From Octopus vulgaris (lineage: Eukaryota), in contig OX597816.1 of NCBI GenBank assembly GCA_951406725.2, positions 44,950,001 through 45,014,000 on the forward strand: a stretch of 64,000 nt of DNA, read 5' to 3'. Below are positions 1-13,540 of the stretch, in pieces; position 1 is the first letter of the stretch, and each line of letters begins with the position of its first letter. The position numbers and the translations under genes were made by a program. The notes under the pieces were generated by a model, which worked only from the letters and a program-made list of their open reading frames with translations, was not told the origin of the DNA and did not search any database.

Positions 1-125
1 TTAGGTGTGTGAGTGGTTCGAAATTCATTTTATCTACCATAGAAGTACAAAAAGAAAAGTTTCCTTCAAATAGTATTCGAAACCAGGCTATAACGGCCGG
101 TGTTTTGTTCGATGCTGTAAATATC

Positions 126-338
126 CTTTCCACTAAAGACACAAGGTCTGAAAGTGAGGAGGAGGCGAGGCTAGACGATAACATCGACCTCAGTATTTCA
201 CTGGTACTTATTTCATCGACCCCGAAAGGATGAAAGGCAAAGTCGACCTCGGCAGAATTTGAACTCAGAACGTAAAAACGGATGAAATGCCACTAAGCAT
301 TTTGCCCGGCATGTTAACAATTCTGCCAGCTTGCCGCC

Positions 339-340
<2 letters not shown>
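126..340 (-). mobile_element. tRNA-derived SINE, family A (Meta-domain-like core)
   Basis: Minus strand begins AAGGCGGCAAGCTGGCAGAA, has a B-box-like GAGTTCAAATTC and the core GTCGACTTTGCCTTTCATCCTTTCGGGGTCGAT. The same sequence recurs more than 15 times in the window. Confidence 0.85.
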
Positions 341-422
<82 letters not shown>

Positions 423-423
423 T
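341..423. repeat. (TAA)n microsatellite at the 5' flank of the Dong-like element
   Basis: Pure TAA run directly upstream of the retrotransposon reading frame. Confidence 0.95.
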
Positions 424-2724
424 AACATCACAGAGAAAGATTTGCCTGAAATAAAAGAAAAGCTGAAGCAAGATATCCTTGCCAAAGCACAAAGGATCCG
501 CCGGTACAAGAAACGCCAACGCTTCTTTGAAGAAAACAAAAAGTTCAACTCCAACCCCAAAAAGTTCTACCAAGAACTGGGAAAAAATAAAATAGAAGTC
601 ACTGCAGCACCAACGGCAGAAGAATTGGAAGAATTCTGGGGAGAAATATGGTCGGCGAACGAACCACCAAAAAAAAGGAGTATCAGAATAACAAACTCGG
701 CATCTGAACAACTTTGGACCCCCATAACAACTGAAGAGGTCACCCAGGCACTGCAAAGACTAAGCAACTGGAAGGCACCTGGGCATGACAAGATCCCCAA
801 CTTCTGGTTGAAATATCTAACAGGAATGCACAAAAAGCTGGCTGAAAACTTTAACAACGTACTAGCAGAGCCAGAGACAATGCCTGAATGGCTCACGAAG
901 GGGAAAACCATCTTAATTCCCAAATCAAATGAAACAGAAAAACCAGAAAACTACAGACCAATAACCTGCCTCCCTACTATGTTCAAGGCATTTACTGCAG
1001 TGATATCACAAAGGCTGAACAAGCACCTGGACGAAAACAAACTGTTCCCAGAAGAGCAGAAATGATGCCGCAAAGGCTCATATGGCTGTAAAGATCAACT
1101 AATGATTAATAAAGCCATAACTGAAGACAGCCACAGAAAGAAGAAAGGCCTCAGTATGGCCTGGATTGACTACAAAAAGGCGTTTGATAGCATCCCCCAC
1201 ACATGGATCCTCGAAACACTAGCCATTAACAAAGTAGCACCAACAATCATAAAATTCATAGAGCACTCTATGAATAAATGGCAAACAGGCCTACACCTCC
1301 AAACAAAAGAGGGACTCATGAAAACCAAAGACATTCCCATTAGAAGAGGAATATTCCAGGGAGACACGCTCTCTCCACTCCTTTTCTGCTTGGCACTGTC
1401 ACCTCTATCTGATATGCTAAATAGAACTGGATGCGGATATAAATGTTACGGCAAAACGATCAGCCACCTTTTATATATGGATGACCTAAAACTATACGCT
1501 GCAAATGACAAACAGCTGGAAACACTATTAAAGACAGTTCATGGATTTACCAAAGAAATAGATATGAAATTTGGATTAGAAAAATGCGCCAAAGTAACCA
1601 TGAAAAGAGGAAAACTAGTTAAAACCAATGAAATAAAAGAATTAGACCAAAGCCAAACTTACAAATACTTAGGAATCCATGAACTAGATAAGACACAACA
1701 CACACAAATGAAAGAGAAAATAAAAAAAGAATATTATAGACGAGTTAGATCAATACTAAACACAGAGCTCAATGCAAAAAACAAGATAATAGGTATCAAC
1801 ACTTTAGCTGTCCCAGTTATAAGTTACAGCTACAATATCCTTAACTGGACACGAAATGGACTGACCAAAATAGATAGGAAAACAAGAAAAATAATGACAG
1901 GATCTAGGATGCATCACCCAAAATCTGACATAGAAAGACTATATATACAACGTATAGAAGGTGGTAGAGGCCTTATACAGCTGGAAAACTACTATAAAAT
2001 AACCACAATAGGACTGCAAAAATATCTACTTCAGAAGGAAGGGAAACTGATCCAGATAGCGGCAAAACACGAGCAAAACAAAAAACTGTTCTCAGTATTT
2101 AAGGAAGCTGACAAATACAAACAAGAAATCATACCACCTAATAAACATGAAGAAGAAGAAGAAGATGAAGAAACAACAAAAGCTATAAAACAAATGAAAT
2201 CCAAACTAAAAATAGAACAGCAACGAATGGCAAGAAAAGCCCCTTCATGGTAAATACTGGACTAAACTAAACGCAAAAGAAATAGACAAAGAAAAATCCC
2301 AGCAATGGTTGAGAAGCTCAGGACTCAAAGCAGAAACAGAGGGATTTTTAATTGCAGCACAAGACCAAAGCCTCCCCACCAGAAATTACCAAAAACATGT
2401 AATGAAAAGAAATATTACAAGTAACTGCAGAGTATGTGGAGATGGACAAGAAACAATAAATCATATTATCTCTAGCTGCCCAGTCTTGGCTAAGAAGGAA
2501 TATATTCACAGACATGACAGAGTTGGAACCTACATACATTGGAAGCTATGCCAACATTATGGAATAACAACAGAAAAAAGATGGTATAGGCACACACCAG
2601 AAAAGGTCACAGAAAACGAGAAAGCAACCATACTCTGGGATATGCCGATACACACAGATAGAGAAATTAAGGCCAACAGACCAGATATAGTTGTCAGAGA
2701 TCATGAAGAAAAAAAAATGCTTTC

Positions 2725-2761
<37 letters not shown>

Positions 2762-2782
2762 TAGAATGTGGAATCTGAAAAC
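424..2782 (+). mobile_element. R4/Dong-clade non-LTR retrotransposon (RT + CCHC + REL endonuclease), 5'-truncated and disrupted
   Basis: RT motifs NYRPITCL, WIDYKKAFDSIPH, RRGIFQGDTLSPLLF, HLLYMDDLKL and YKYLG, followed by a CRVC..ETINHIISSC zinc knuckle and RHD/RPD motifs typical of restriction-like endonuclease LINEs. Flanked by (TAA)n on both sides. Confidence 0.92.
442..2725 (+). pseudogene. Reverse transcriptase/REL endonuclease pseudogene of the Dong-like element
   Basis: ORFs 442-1065 and 1102-2253 are in the same frame, separated by one in-frame TGA (EEQK*CRKG). A frameshift near 2226 leads into ORF 2309-2725. The endonuclease C-terminus is interrupted by TAA runs. Confidence 0.88.
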
Positions 2783-2908
<126 letters not shown>

Positions 2909-2939
2909 TGATGATGATGATGATGATGATAACGAACAT

Positions 2940-3130
2940 TCCTACTATAGGCCAAAGACCTGAAATTTTGGGTCAGAGAGCTAGTCAATTACATCGGCCT
3001 GAAATTGTGGAGGAGGTGGGAGCTTGTCGATCACATCGACCTCGGTGTTTCACTGGTACTTAATTCATCGACCCCGAAAGGATGAAAGGCAAAGTCGACC
3101 TCGGTAGAATTTGAACTCAGAACGTAGCTT
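2940..3130 (-). mobile_element. SINE family A, partial
   Basis: ATCGACCCCGAAAGGATGAAAGGCAAAGTCGACCTCGG core; follows a (TAA)/(GAT) run. Confidence 0.75.
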
Positions 3131-3485
3131 CGATGCTGTAAATATGCCCCTATGATAAGAATATCTTGTATTAGCTAGCACAAGCCACACATTTATGGTC
3201 GGTCAGTCGGTCGGTCGGTCGGTCGGTCGGTTAGCTGGTTGGTTGGCTGGCTGGTTGGTTGGCTGGCTGGCTGGCTGGCTTGCTGGCTGGCTGGATGGAT
3301 GGATGGAGGGAGGGAGGGAGGGATGAATGGCAGGTTGGCTAACTGGCTGGCTGCTATGAGTCATGGTTTCAACGTTGTTCTGTTAATGTAATTAGAAACA
3401 TCGATCATCGTTAGAAAGGGGTTCCACTCACTGATTAACTTGGGCCACCTGCGTCAACTCATCTCTTGAACAGGTACGACAGTTA

Positions 3486-3506
3486 ATGACTGTAAATCTG
3501 ATGATG

Positions 3507-3538
<32 letters not shown>

Positions 3539-4151
3539 GATGATGCTGATGATGATGACGACGACGACGACGACGATAATGATGCCGATCATGATGAGGA
3601 GGATGAGGAGGATGAGGATGATGATGATGATGACGACGACGATTATGATGATGACGACGACGACGAAGATGATGATGATGATGATGGTGATGACGACGAC
3701 GACGACGATGGTGATGATGATGATGACGACGACGATGATGATGATGGTGACAACGGTGAAGAGTGGGGAAGAGGAGTAGAGCGGGATGAAGAGGGTATGT
3801 AGAAGAGGAGGAGGAGAGGAAAATGAGAGATAGAGGAAATGGAGGAGATGAATGAGGAGTAGGGGAGGAAGTGGTGGAGCACGAGGTGGAAGTCGGGGAA
3901 GACGAGGAGGAATGGAGGGTGGAAGAGGAAAGGAGGATGGAAGAGGAATGGAGGATGAAAGAGGAAGGGGGATGGAAGAGCAAGGGAGGATGGAAGAGGA
4001 AGAGGATGAGGGTTGCAGTGTTGATGTCTGTAGAAGTAATTGTTGCGGTTGCAGAGATGCTGAATATGATGATGATGGTGTGGCATACTGATGCTGATGG
4101 TAACGGTGGCGTTGGTAACGAAAGCGGTGGAGGTAACAATAGTGGTAGCGG

Positions 4152-4201
<50 letters not shown>

Positions 4202-4480
4202 GTGATGGTGGTGGTGGTGGTGGTGGTGGTGGTGGTGACAACGATGATGATGGTGACAACGATAATGATGACGATGGTGGTGGTGGTGATGGTGGCGGTA
4301 GTAGTAATGGTGGTGGTGGTGGTGGTGGTATTGGTGGTGACAGTAGTAGTAGTAGTAGTAGTAGTAGCCGTAGTAGTAGTAGTAGTAGTAGTAGTAGTAA
4401 TAGCAGCAGTAGTTGTAGTTTTGATGGCGTGGTAATGATAATGATAACACTGGTGATGATGATGAAAGAGAAGATGATGG
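3486..4480. repeat. Compound trinucleotide low-complexity array (GAT/GAC/GAG/GGT/AGT)
   Basis: Successive triplet runs; accounts for all overlapping homopolymeric ORFs here. Confidence 0.9.
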
Positions 4481-4524
4481 CGGATAGAAATGTTGATATC
4501 TTACACACACCAGAAAGAAAAGTA

Positions 4525-4770
4525 ACTTCCTTTATCTTATTCCACTTGCGTCAGTCAATGGACTGCGGTGGCCATGCTGGGGCACTGCCTCGAAGTATTT
4601 AGTCGAACAAATCGATACCAACACTGAATTGTTATAAGCCTGGCACTTATTCTATCGGTTCCTTTGTCGAAGGGGACGTGAGCAAACCAACACTTTTAAT
4701 TTGGTGGGGAACAAATACCCTCGCGCATGCGCACACACACATTTTAACCACGTAGCCATGCCTACGCACG
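4525..4770 (-). mobile_element. SINE family B, degenerate
   Basis: GACTGCGG..GGCCATGCTGGGGCAC, TTTAGTCGAACAAATCGA and CTTATTCTATCGG match the intact family B copies. Confidence 0.6.
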
Positions 4771-4894
4771 AGATTCATTAACTAGTTTGTACAAATCTTC
4801 TTGTTTCAATTTGTTTTTTCGTTTCTTAAAAACTTATTCTTTTTATTCTTTCATATGTTTCAGCCCTAAGGATGTGGCCATGCTGGGGCACCAC

Positions 4895-5420
4895 CAGTGT
4901 AATCACCTCGTTAATGGCCAAGTCTTATGTGACTGGCTTTTGGTGAAGGAGGGAATTCGACACTGTTGCCCGATTTTGAGTTTCCTGCCTTGATATTGGT
5001 TCATCTGGAATCTTGTATCGTAGGAGGTCTAGTTGTTTCTTGAAAACATCTACCCCTACTCCATGAAGATCCCTCAAATGTTTTGGCAAGGTGTTAAATA
5101 GTTGTTGGCCCTTAAATTCCAAACTATTGCAATACACGGTCCTCACTCTAGATGGGCCAGCTGGGACCTTTGGAACAGTGCAGTGACGTCCAGTTCGAGG
5201 TCTGGTATAACTCTCGACTCCAAAGTTTGGTGCTAGACCCTCCAATATCTTCCACACATACATCATTGCATTCCTCTCCCGTCTTCGCTCCAGACAGTAT
5301 AGTCATAGCTCTTTCAGTCTTTCCCGGTAGCTCAGCTGTTCCACTGATGCAATCTTTCTTGTGTAACATAGCTGAACCGCCTCAAGTTCCGCTATTAATC
5401 TGAGACTGTAGGGTGGCCAC
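4895..5420 (-). mobile_element. CR1/L2-group LINE 3' fragment
   Basis: Minus-strand ORF 4925-5266 (YVWKILEGL.PN, LFNTLPKHLR, VFKKQLD, IPDEP) resembles the C-terminus of CR1-type ORF2. Confidence 0.7.
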
Positions 5421-5542
5421 AGTTGAGAGCAAGCAGCCCATGGGAATTAAATTTATGCGGAAAAGAACAAACAAAGGACAGTCCGAGAAATTATCGAAGG
5501 ATGTCGAGAGAAAAGGTTTTACTTTCAAATTGTGGTCCTTCC

Positions 5543-5754
5543 TTACTCTTTACTCTTTTACTCTTTTACTTGTTTCAGTCATTTGACTGCGGCCATGCTG
5601 GAGAACCGCCTTTAGTCGAGCAAATCGACCCCAGGACTTATTCTTTTGTAAGCCCAGTACTTATTCTATCGGTCTCTTTTGCCGAACCGCTAAGTAACGG
5701 GGACATAAACACACCAGCATCGGTTGTCAAGCAATGCTAGGGGGACAAACACAG

Positions 5755-5811
<57 letters not shown>

Positions 5812-5974
5812 TACGACAGGCTTCTTTCAGTTTCCGTCTACCAAATCCACTCACAAGGCATTGGTCGGCCCGGGGCTATAGCAGAATACACTTGCCCAAG
5901 ATGCCACGCAGTGGGACTGAACCTGGAACCATGTGGTTGGTTAGCAAGCTACTTACCACACAGCCACTCCTGCG
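5543..5974 (-). mobile_element. SINE family B (CORE-like, internal microsatellite, AAAAGAGT tail), full length
   Basis: Head CGCAGGAGTGGCTGTGTGGTAAG, CTTGGGCAAGTG CORE-like motif, internal (TA)/(CA) run and tandem tail. Near-identical to the copies at 20158, 27917, 49486 and 63186. Confidence 0.88.
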
Positions 5975-6750
5975 TCACTCCTTCATCAAGAAACTTAATA
6001 AAAATAGTTATGCGTTTCAGAATATCAAATTTTGTCATGCGTTTACTATTGGACTGTGTGCCTTCCTCAAGAAACAAAGAGGAAAATGTGCTTTATATTT
6101 CAGATTTTTCAGGTGTTTTACATTTCTTTGGCAAGAAAGTGAGAGGAACTAGATGTTTACGCTTCAGGCTGTGGTACGTCTTCAAGAGTCAGAGACGAAA
6201 AAGAAACGAAAAAAAAAAAAAGAAGAATCTAATGTTATCGATGATTCTCTTCAAGACGAAACATGTTGAAGAATGATCCCGAGGATGATGCAGAAGAGGA
6301 GAATGATACTAATATTGATCTGGCAAGTGAATGAGAAATTGCTGCTATTTCCTGCGACTAATTTCACAGTAGCAAGACTAAGGATGGTCTTAGATTTTAA
6401 ATGAGATGTATGGTTCGGTATGCTGCAATAATTTCAATTTAATACACAAAAAGATTGTGATATATTTACGTCCTTCCCCACACAATTGATGTGAAGGGTG
6501 GCCATTCGACGACTGGAAGAAAAAAAAGCAAACTTAAAAGCAATGGTTCGCGAAGCGCGTACATCATTCTCCATTCTCCCACTGCATGCCCAAATCAGAA
6601 TTCCTTATGAACCTACAAATAACAACGGTGTTATTGTTGTTATTGTTAAGTCCAAGTTAACTCTGAAAAGCTCTGATCGTGATCCCGACACTCGAACCAC
6701 CGAGCCATGCGCCTTCACATAGCCGGCCTATATTTTAGGTACATCGAAGA

Positions 6751-6821
<71 letters not shown>

Positions 6822-7279
6822 TTTCTTGTGTCAACGGCATATTCATGCCGTTGACGAATCATGGCTTGTTCTTCCTCCATTTATTTCTGTCTCTCGCAAC
6901 ATCACCCAGGTCTTTCTCGCTCCGCACATTCAATCCTTTCTTCATCCAGTCAAACATCTTCACTCTCTGCCTCCTTCTCGCTCTCCTTCCCACCAGTCCA
7001 GTCTCCACCATGTAACGCTTCATTCTGTCATCCACTCTGAGAAAATGACCTACAAATCTCTACTGTCTCTCTCTGATATTATCCATCTTCACCTTCATCT
7101 TCTGCAACACTCGAGGGCAGCAATACCAAATGAGTCCTCTCTTAGGAGCTAAACAACCACAACAAATGAAAACTTTATCTTACGACCAGGGCCATCTTAA
7201 CATTATAGGTCTTTGGACAAACCAATACACTGAGTCTTCTAGTATTTATTTAGTAACAGCAAACTATCGCATATATTGC

Positions 7280-7366
7280 GATGATGACGACGACGACGAC
7301 GATGATGATGATGACGACGACGATGATGATGATGATGATGATGATGATGGTGATGATGACGACGAC

Positions 7367-7413
<47 letters not shown>

Positions 7414-7493
7414 CGATGATGATGATGATGATGACGACGACGATGCTGATGATGATGATGATGATGACGACGACGACGTCGATGACGACGACG

Positions 7494-7539
<46 letters not shown>

Positions 7540-7631
7540 CGATGATGATGATGATGATGATGACGACGACGATGATGATGATGATGATGATGATGATGAC
7601 GACGACGACAACGACGTCGATGACAACGACG

Positions 7632-7664
<33 letters not shown>

Positions 7665-7740
7665 GTGACAACGGTGAAGAGTGGGGAAGAGGAGTAGAAC
7701 GGGATGAAGAGGAGATGTAGAAGAGGAGGAGGAGGAGAGG
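7280..7740. repeat. (GAT/GAC)n array plus a purine-rich junction shared with 3743-3818
   Basis: Triplet run ending in GGTGACAACGGTGAAGAGTGGGGAAGAGGAGTAGA, as at 3746. Confidence 0.85.
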
Positions 7741-7985
7741 AATTGGGTCCCTAGACCCATGGAGGCCCCAGTGTGCCCATAATTTAAGGTGGTATTGCTT
7801 ATGACTCAACGATAAAGGAGGAGGATGCCAATTTTGGATTTGATATAAATTAAATACGCAAAATTGTGACGCTGCCATAAACCAATACAGTGGTGCTTGA
7901 TAAAAATGTTAACAGAAAGTAGAAAGCCGGATTTTACTCTTCAAGACTCGCGAATGAACAGAAAAAATTCATGGCCTTATACAAA

Positions 7986-8177
7986 CCATGTTTTCTGACA
8001 TACAAGTCGATATGGTATATAACGTAAATATGTAGTTTAAACACTCGAGCATCGACCCTGCCACATTTCACACAGAGTTTTTGGTCGTCAAAAGTCGTCT
8101 TGGTGTTTAAGTCGATGCACCTTATTTGTTTGTAAATTTCGGTCTGAAAAATTCGGTTTGTATGCCAAAAAACACGG
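7986..8177. mobile_element. Pogo/Tc2-type MITE
   Basis: Imperfect TIRs CCATGTTTTCTGACATACAAGTCGA and TCGGTTTGTATGCCAAAAAACACGG; right end followed by TA. Confidence 0.55.
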
Positions 8178-8576
8178 TAATTTACAACTAGATTTTACAG
8201 TCAAAACGATACTACCGCAAGGTACACGTTTTATAAGATAAGGAAAGAAAACAACTCTCAAAAGGAAATTGTTAGCGACTCTCATTAAAGGAAAAGACAT
8301 TTTCAAGAAATTAAAAATTGACGTTTGGGAGAACGACACGTTTAGCCTTTCATTTTTTTTTTTCCTTAGCTTATTTAATTTTAAATTTGCAGGCAATACA
8401 GATGGAGAGAAAAATAACATTGATGTAGAAATTAATAATAGGATCTCAGTAGGTTATTTCACTTCAAACCCAAAAGTTATCAATTATAGATATCAACAGC
8501 CAACAGCTGGAACTAGAAAGCAATTATAGAAATAAAGTATCAAAAAGTAAGTATATGTGTGTATGTATGTTTGTAA

Positions 8577-8610
<34 letters not shown>

Positions 8611-8619
8611 TGTAGTAAT

Positions 8620-11400
8620 AATAATGCAATATCAAACAAACGGCGCAAATAAAAGCATTAAAACTATAAACATTGGAAACGCAAATCTAGATAATAGACC
8701 TACTGCAAGCAAAACAAACAAAAGCGATTTTAAAACTGAATACAATCACATCACAGCCGACATACATACAGAATATTGACCAACAAAGTTGAAACAGAAC
8801 GAAAATATGAACACAATTGAAAATGAAAAAAGATCTAAGAGTAGACTTATCTAAAGCTGGAAATTTTTGAATATGACAGTAGTTTAAAGGTGGGAATAGT
8901 TAAAGTATTAAAATCGATATATGATCTGATCTTCCTATTGACTGACGAAAATCCCAAAACAAAGATAAATATTAATAGTAAATGTAACAATAATAATTTA
9001 TAAAAAAAAAACGGAAACTAACACTGGACCAGAATAGACAAACGGGAAACAGATGTGGACATGAACATAACCAGGATAGATCAAATAAACAATCTATTCA
9101 TCATCCACAGTAGACACAAAGGAAAGTAGGAATGACTTCAAAAACTTCTCATATAGCAACAGCAAACTCGGCCCACCACACTTACAATCACACACACACA
9201 CACACATGCACAAACACACTCGCTACACACAACAAAACGTGAAATAGTAAAAATATAGAAAAAAAGAGAGGAAATAAAAGATCTCCCAACCCTTCATGTG
9301 ATGTATAGTAAAAATACAAATGTGAATACAGAAAGAAAAGCAAGCATAATGCAAATGCATAAATAACAAAGAGGTGCGTCTAAGACCAAAAGAGCGTCTA
9401 AAACAAGAGACCCACGTTAAATTTCAAAGGATTGGTCGATATCAAATGCGATAACACTTTTCTTTTTTCGTAAAATAAAACAAAATAATTCATCTACAAC
9501 CCAATTTGATTTTATCAGGAACTAAACACAAACATATATATAAACCAATGCTACAATAACAAAATAAGAGGAGTAAAAAACTGTTTGGGAGAATAACGAA
9601 CAATGGGTGGATTGCTACGGTGACAATTTAAAAACGAAAATTTCTAGAACAATAAATACGATAGTAATCCATACAGTAATTGCAAAGTACCAAACACGTG
9701 ACTAAAATATCTAACTGTTATCATTGCACAAAACTCTTGCAAAGACCTTCAACTATTTACAAAAACAAGAATTTAGCTAATCGTCAAGATTAGAATAAAA
9801 AGATATCAAACCTCAAATCTACTGGTCAATATACAAACCTTTACTGTTAATTCTATGGGAAGATATAAATGTTCGGATGGGAAACAACGTCTCGGTTTCC
9901 AAAGAACAGAAAAATTCTGCGACTGTCTGCTTGGCTAAAAAAAAACAGATACTGATAAGCAATATAAAAACAAGAGAAAAATTTAGGGTATGAACATGGC
10001 ATCGATTGATAAGAATTCTGAAAGCGTTGTCCTCAGAGAGAATAGTACAAAAGAGGATGTAAAAATAAATCAATACGTGTCAGAAGAGTAATATTCTTAG
10101 AGAAATCCCTTTTTCTCTCTCCATTCAATTTGTGTCTAATGCTGACATGATTAAGTAACAAATTAAATCAGACTGGCTACAAGTGCAGTTAATATAGATA
10201 AGGTGGCAATCCATCATCAATGTATTAGATGATCTCATGTTGTAACCTGTAGATCAGTGGTCTACGAGATTTTTTGCGTTTCGGACCGGTTCTATGCAAG
10301 GCAGTTTTCCCACAGACCACGCGCATAACAAAACACAGTAAAGTCCTGATTTAATTATTGCATATATAATACGTATATATTACATATATGACACATATAG
10401 TACAAAATCACTGTGCAGGCTTGCGATAGACAATGACATAGAAAAAAATTTTAGAATTCATTCTTTCTACACAACCCGGTACCAAATGATACCCGGCCAG
10501 GTGGTTGGAGATCCCTGATGTAGATGACAAAAACAGCAAGTAATCCCTTTATATGAGGGATACAGAGTCAGGAAAGGAATTGATGGCAGTTATAGGAAAA
10601 GCCATCTAGATAGCTTTCATGAAAGAAAAATAATTAACATAAAACGACGTATATCATGTTATATTTCTTTTTTAATATTAAGCGAATTAAACCACGAATA
10701 GAACTACAAATCCAGATTTGCATAAATGGATCCCCGTCAGTTTCGATGGTGAAGTAAGCTGTTGTTTAATCAACTAGACTATCTGCGAAATTTACGAATT
10801 AGTAGGTAAATAGGTGAAATACGTGTATCCTTAACGTGATCTCAGAGAGAATCAGCGTGATAAGGTGTGACAAGACTAGTCCTTTAAATGACAAGTACAA
10901 TCCATCAGACGGTCTTCTGAATAATCTCTGTCTTCTTGGCTTCACTCACAACACTTAGGTCAACAGGAAGCCCTACTCAAAGACAATTGCGCAATATGTC
11001 ACAAAGTGGAGTCCAACCCAAGAACTAGTGGTGGCAATGCGAATTTCTTAACCATTCGTTCACATTCCGTCCACAAAAGAGTTTAATACATACAACTGAA
11101 ACAGAAGGTAAAAAAAAAAGTCAGAAAAATATCATAGATATTCAAGATAAATGTCTAGAATTGAACAGAATGCTAAAAATAATGAGATAGACATCAATAC
11201 TCTAACAGTTTCAGTTATAAATTACAATTATAACAGTCTGAGATACAAGTTAAGTGAATTAACGAGACAAGATAGGAAAAACAAAGACATACACCAAGCA
11301 AAATACACCGGTATAGAAAGATTACACACTGCACCAGAATTGAGCAATGTGTTATAAAATATATACTGTAAGACTAAAACAAATACCTGCTAAGCAACAA
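8620..11400 (+). mobile_element. Old, highly degenerate Dong-like retrotransposon copy
   Basis: Colinear patches match copy 1, e.g. 9488 TTCATCTACAACCCAATTTGATTTTATCAGGAACT vs 544 TTCAACTCCAACCCCAAAAAGTTCTACCAAGAACT. ORF 11151-11357 EQNAKNNEIDINTLTVSVINYNYN matches ELNAKNKIIGINTLAVPVISYSYN. Left boundary approximate. Confidence 0.7.
10255..10517. mobile_element. hAT-Charlie (MER1-like) MITE
   Basis: Ends CAGTGGTC...GGTTGGAGATCCCTG; 8-bp TSD CTGTAGAT/ATGTAGAT (close to the NTCTAGAN Charlie target); interrupts the old Dong RT region. Confidence 0.7.
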
Positions 11401-11429
11401 CTGCTATTAATACAAATAACCACAACGGC

Positions 11430-11728
<299 letters not shown>

Positions 11729-11812
11729 CAACAACAACAACAACAACAGCAACAACAATAATAATAAAAACAACAACAATAATAATACTAATAACAATGA
11801 TAATAATGATAA

Positions 11813-12872
11813 TATGCACCACCCAAAATCTGACAAAAAAGTCTATATATCGAAGGTTGTAGAGGCCTTATATAGCTAGAAAACTATTATAAAATAACCA
11901 CCATAGGACTACAGAAATACCTACTTCAGAAGCAAGAAAAACTAATACAAATAATACCTAACAACTATGAGGGAAAGGAAGAAATAACAAAAGCTGTAAA
12001 ACAACTGAAATCCAAACTAAAACTGGAACAGCAACGGATCATGATAAAACGATGACAAGAAAAGCCCTTTTATGGCAAATATTGGGTTAAACTAAACAGA
12101 GAAGAAAAAGGCAAAGCAATATTCCCAACAATGGCTGAGTTCAGGACTCAAAGAAGAGACTGAAAGATTTTTAATTGCGGCAGAAGATCAAAACCTCCCC
12201 ACCAGAAATCAAAAAAAACATGTAATGAAAAGAAATACAATAAATAACTGCAGATTATGTGAAGATGGACAAGAAACAATAAATCATATTGTTTCTGGCT
12301 GCCCAGTCCTGTCTAAGAAGGAATATATTCACAAACACGACAGAGTTGGGACCTATATACACTGGAAACTATGGAAACACTTTGGAGTAACAAAAGAAAA
12401 GGCACACGCCAGAAAAGGTTAGAGAAAATGAGAAAGCAACCATACTCTGGGATATGCCAATAAACATAGATAGAGAAATTAAGGCCAATATGCCGGATAT
12501 AGTTGTCAGAGATCACAAAAGCAATTATTTCTGATCGATGTATCAATACCAACAGCTGACAATGCTTCTCTAAAAGACACGGAGGGAGTGTCAAAATACA
12601 AAGACCTGGAAGTAGGGATAACTCGAATGTGGAGTCTAAAAACAGAAACAATTCCTGTTACAGTAGGCGCATTAGGTATGATAAAAAAACATTCAGACAA
12701 ATACATAACAAAAACTCCAGGACTTACAAGCATATATATCATTCAGAAAATAGCACTACTAAACACCGCACATGAAAATAAGAGCATCACAACAAACTAC
12801 AGCACACACCCAAGGCACGCAGAGCTGCGCTCGGTCGTAGAGTGAAAGCATGTGATAAAAATAAGACTACTG
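11813..12872 (+). mobile_element. Dong-like retrotransposon 3' portion with endonuclease C-terminus and 3' UTR
   Basis: MHHPKSD, CRLC..ETINHIVSGC, KHD, MPD and KYKDLE..RMW..TIPVTVGALG motifs; clearly homologous to copy 1; begins directly out of a (TAA/CAA)n run. Confidence 0.88.
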
Positions 12873-12882
12873 AATAATAACA

Positions 12883-13348
12883 ACAAAGACGGGCTACAGC
12901 AAATATTCTGCTCAATACTACAGATTTGCTTGTCAGTTGTTTGACCATAACCAGTTGACCATGTCCCTTAGTGGCTGACGACATGTGCATCTCTGATCAC
13001 GAGCAGAAGTAGTGGGGGAGCATCATAGCCGTGTGTTGAAAGGAATTCTTAGAGGTTTGGATAATCCACCTTTGGAAACATGGGTGGTTCGTTCAACATC
13101 CTTAAACAATCCTTATTCAGGGACCTTTTGAGCGGGATGGGTTACTCGACCAGAAGAAAATTCTAACTGGACCCCACCTGCAAGGTCATGCGCTGTTTAT
13201 CTTGATATGAGATCACCAAGTCGCGCACATATGGTTGTGATACATGTGCTTGGTGTACCCTTATCAGACGGGTAGTAATGATGGGTATACTGGACTTCGT
13301 ATATTTTACCCCAGTGTCACTTTGATGGCATGCACTGTTCTCTCACTC
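12883..13348 (+). mobile_element. Non-coding TAA-associated dispersed element (candidate Dong-dependent non-autonomous element)
   Basis: Homologous to 47955-48257 on the minus strand (CAGCAAATATTCTGCTCAATAC..CAGAAGTAGTGGGG); 3' end runs directly into (TAA)n. Confidence 0.65.
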
Positions 13349-13414
<66 letters not shown>

Positions 13415-13417
<3 letters not shown>

Positions 13418-13540
13418 GGTTTCAAATTTTGACAAAAGGCCAGCAAGATTGGGGGACAGGATAAGTCGATTATAGTGTGCTTAGTTCTCATCGACAGTGA
13501 AAGGATGAAAGGTAAAATCTCCCTCGACGGAATTTGAGAG
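13415..13540 (-). mobile_element. SINE family A 3' fragment
   Basis: GAAAGGATGAAAGG core after a (TAA)n run. Confidence 0.6.

Noticed and set aside
3428-4602. Long His/Ser/Asp/Gly-rich ORFs of up to 360 aa
   Set aside because: Open in several frames on both strands because triplet repeats lack stops; no domain content.
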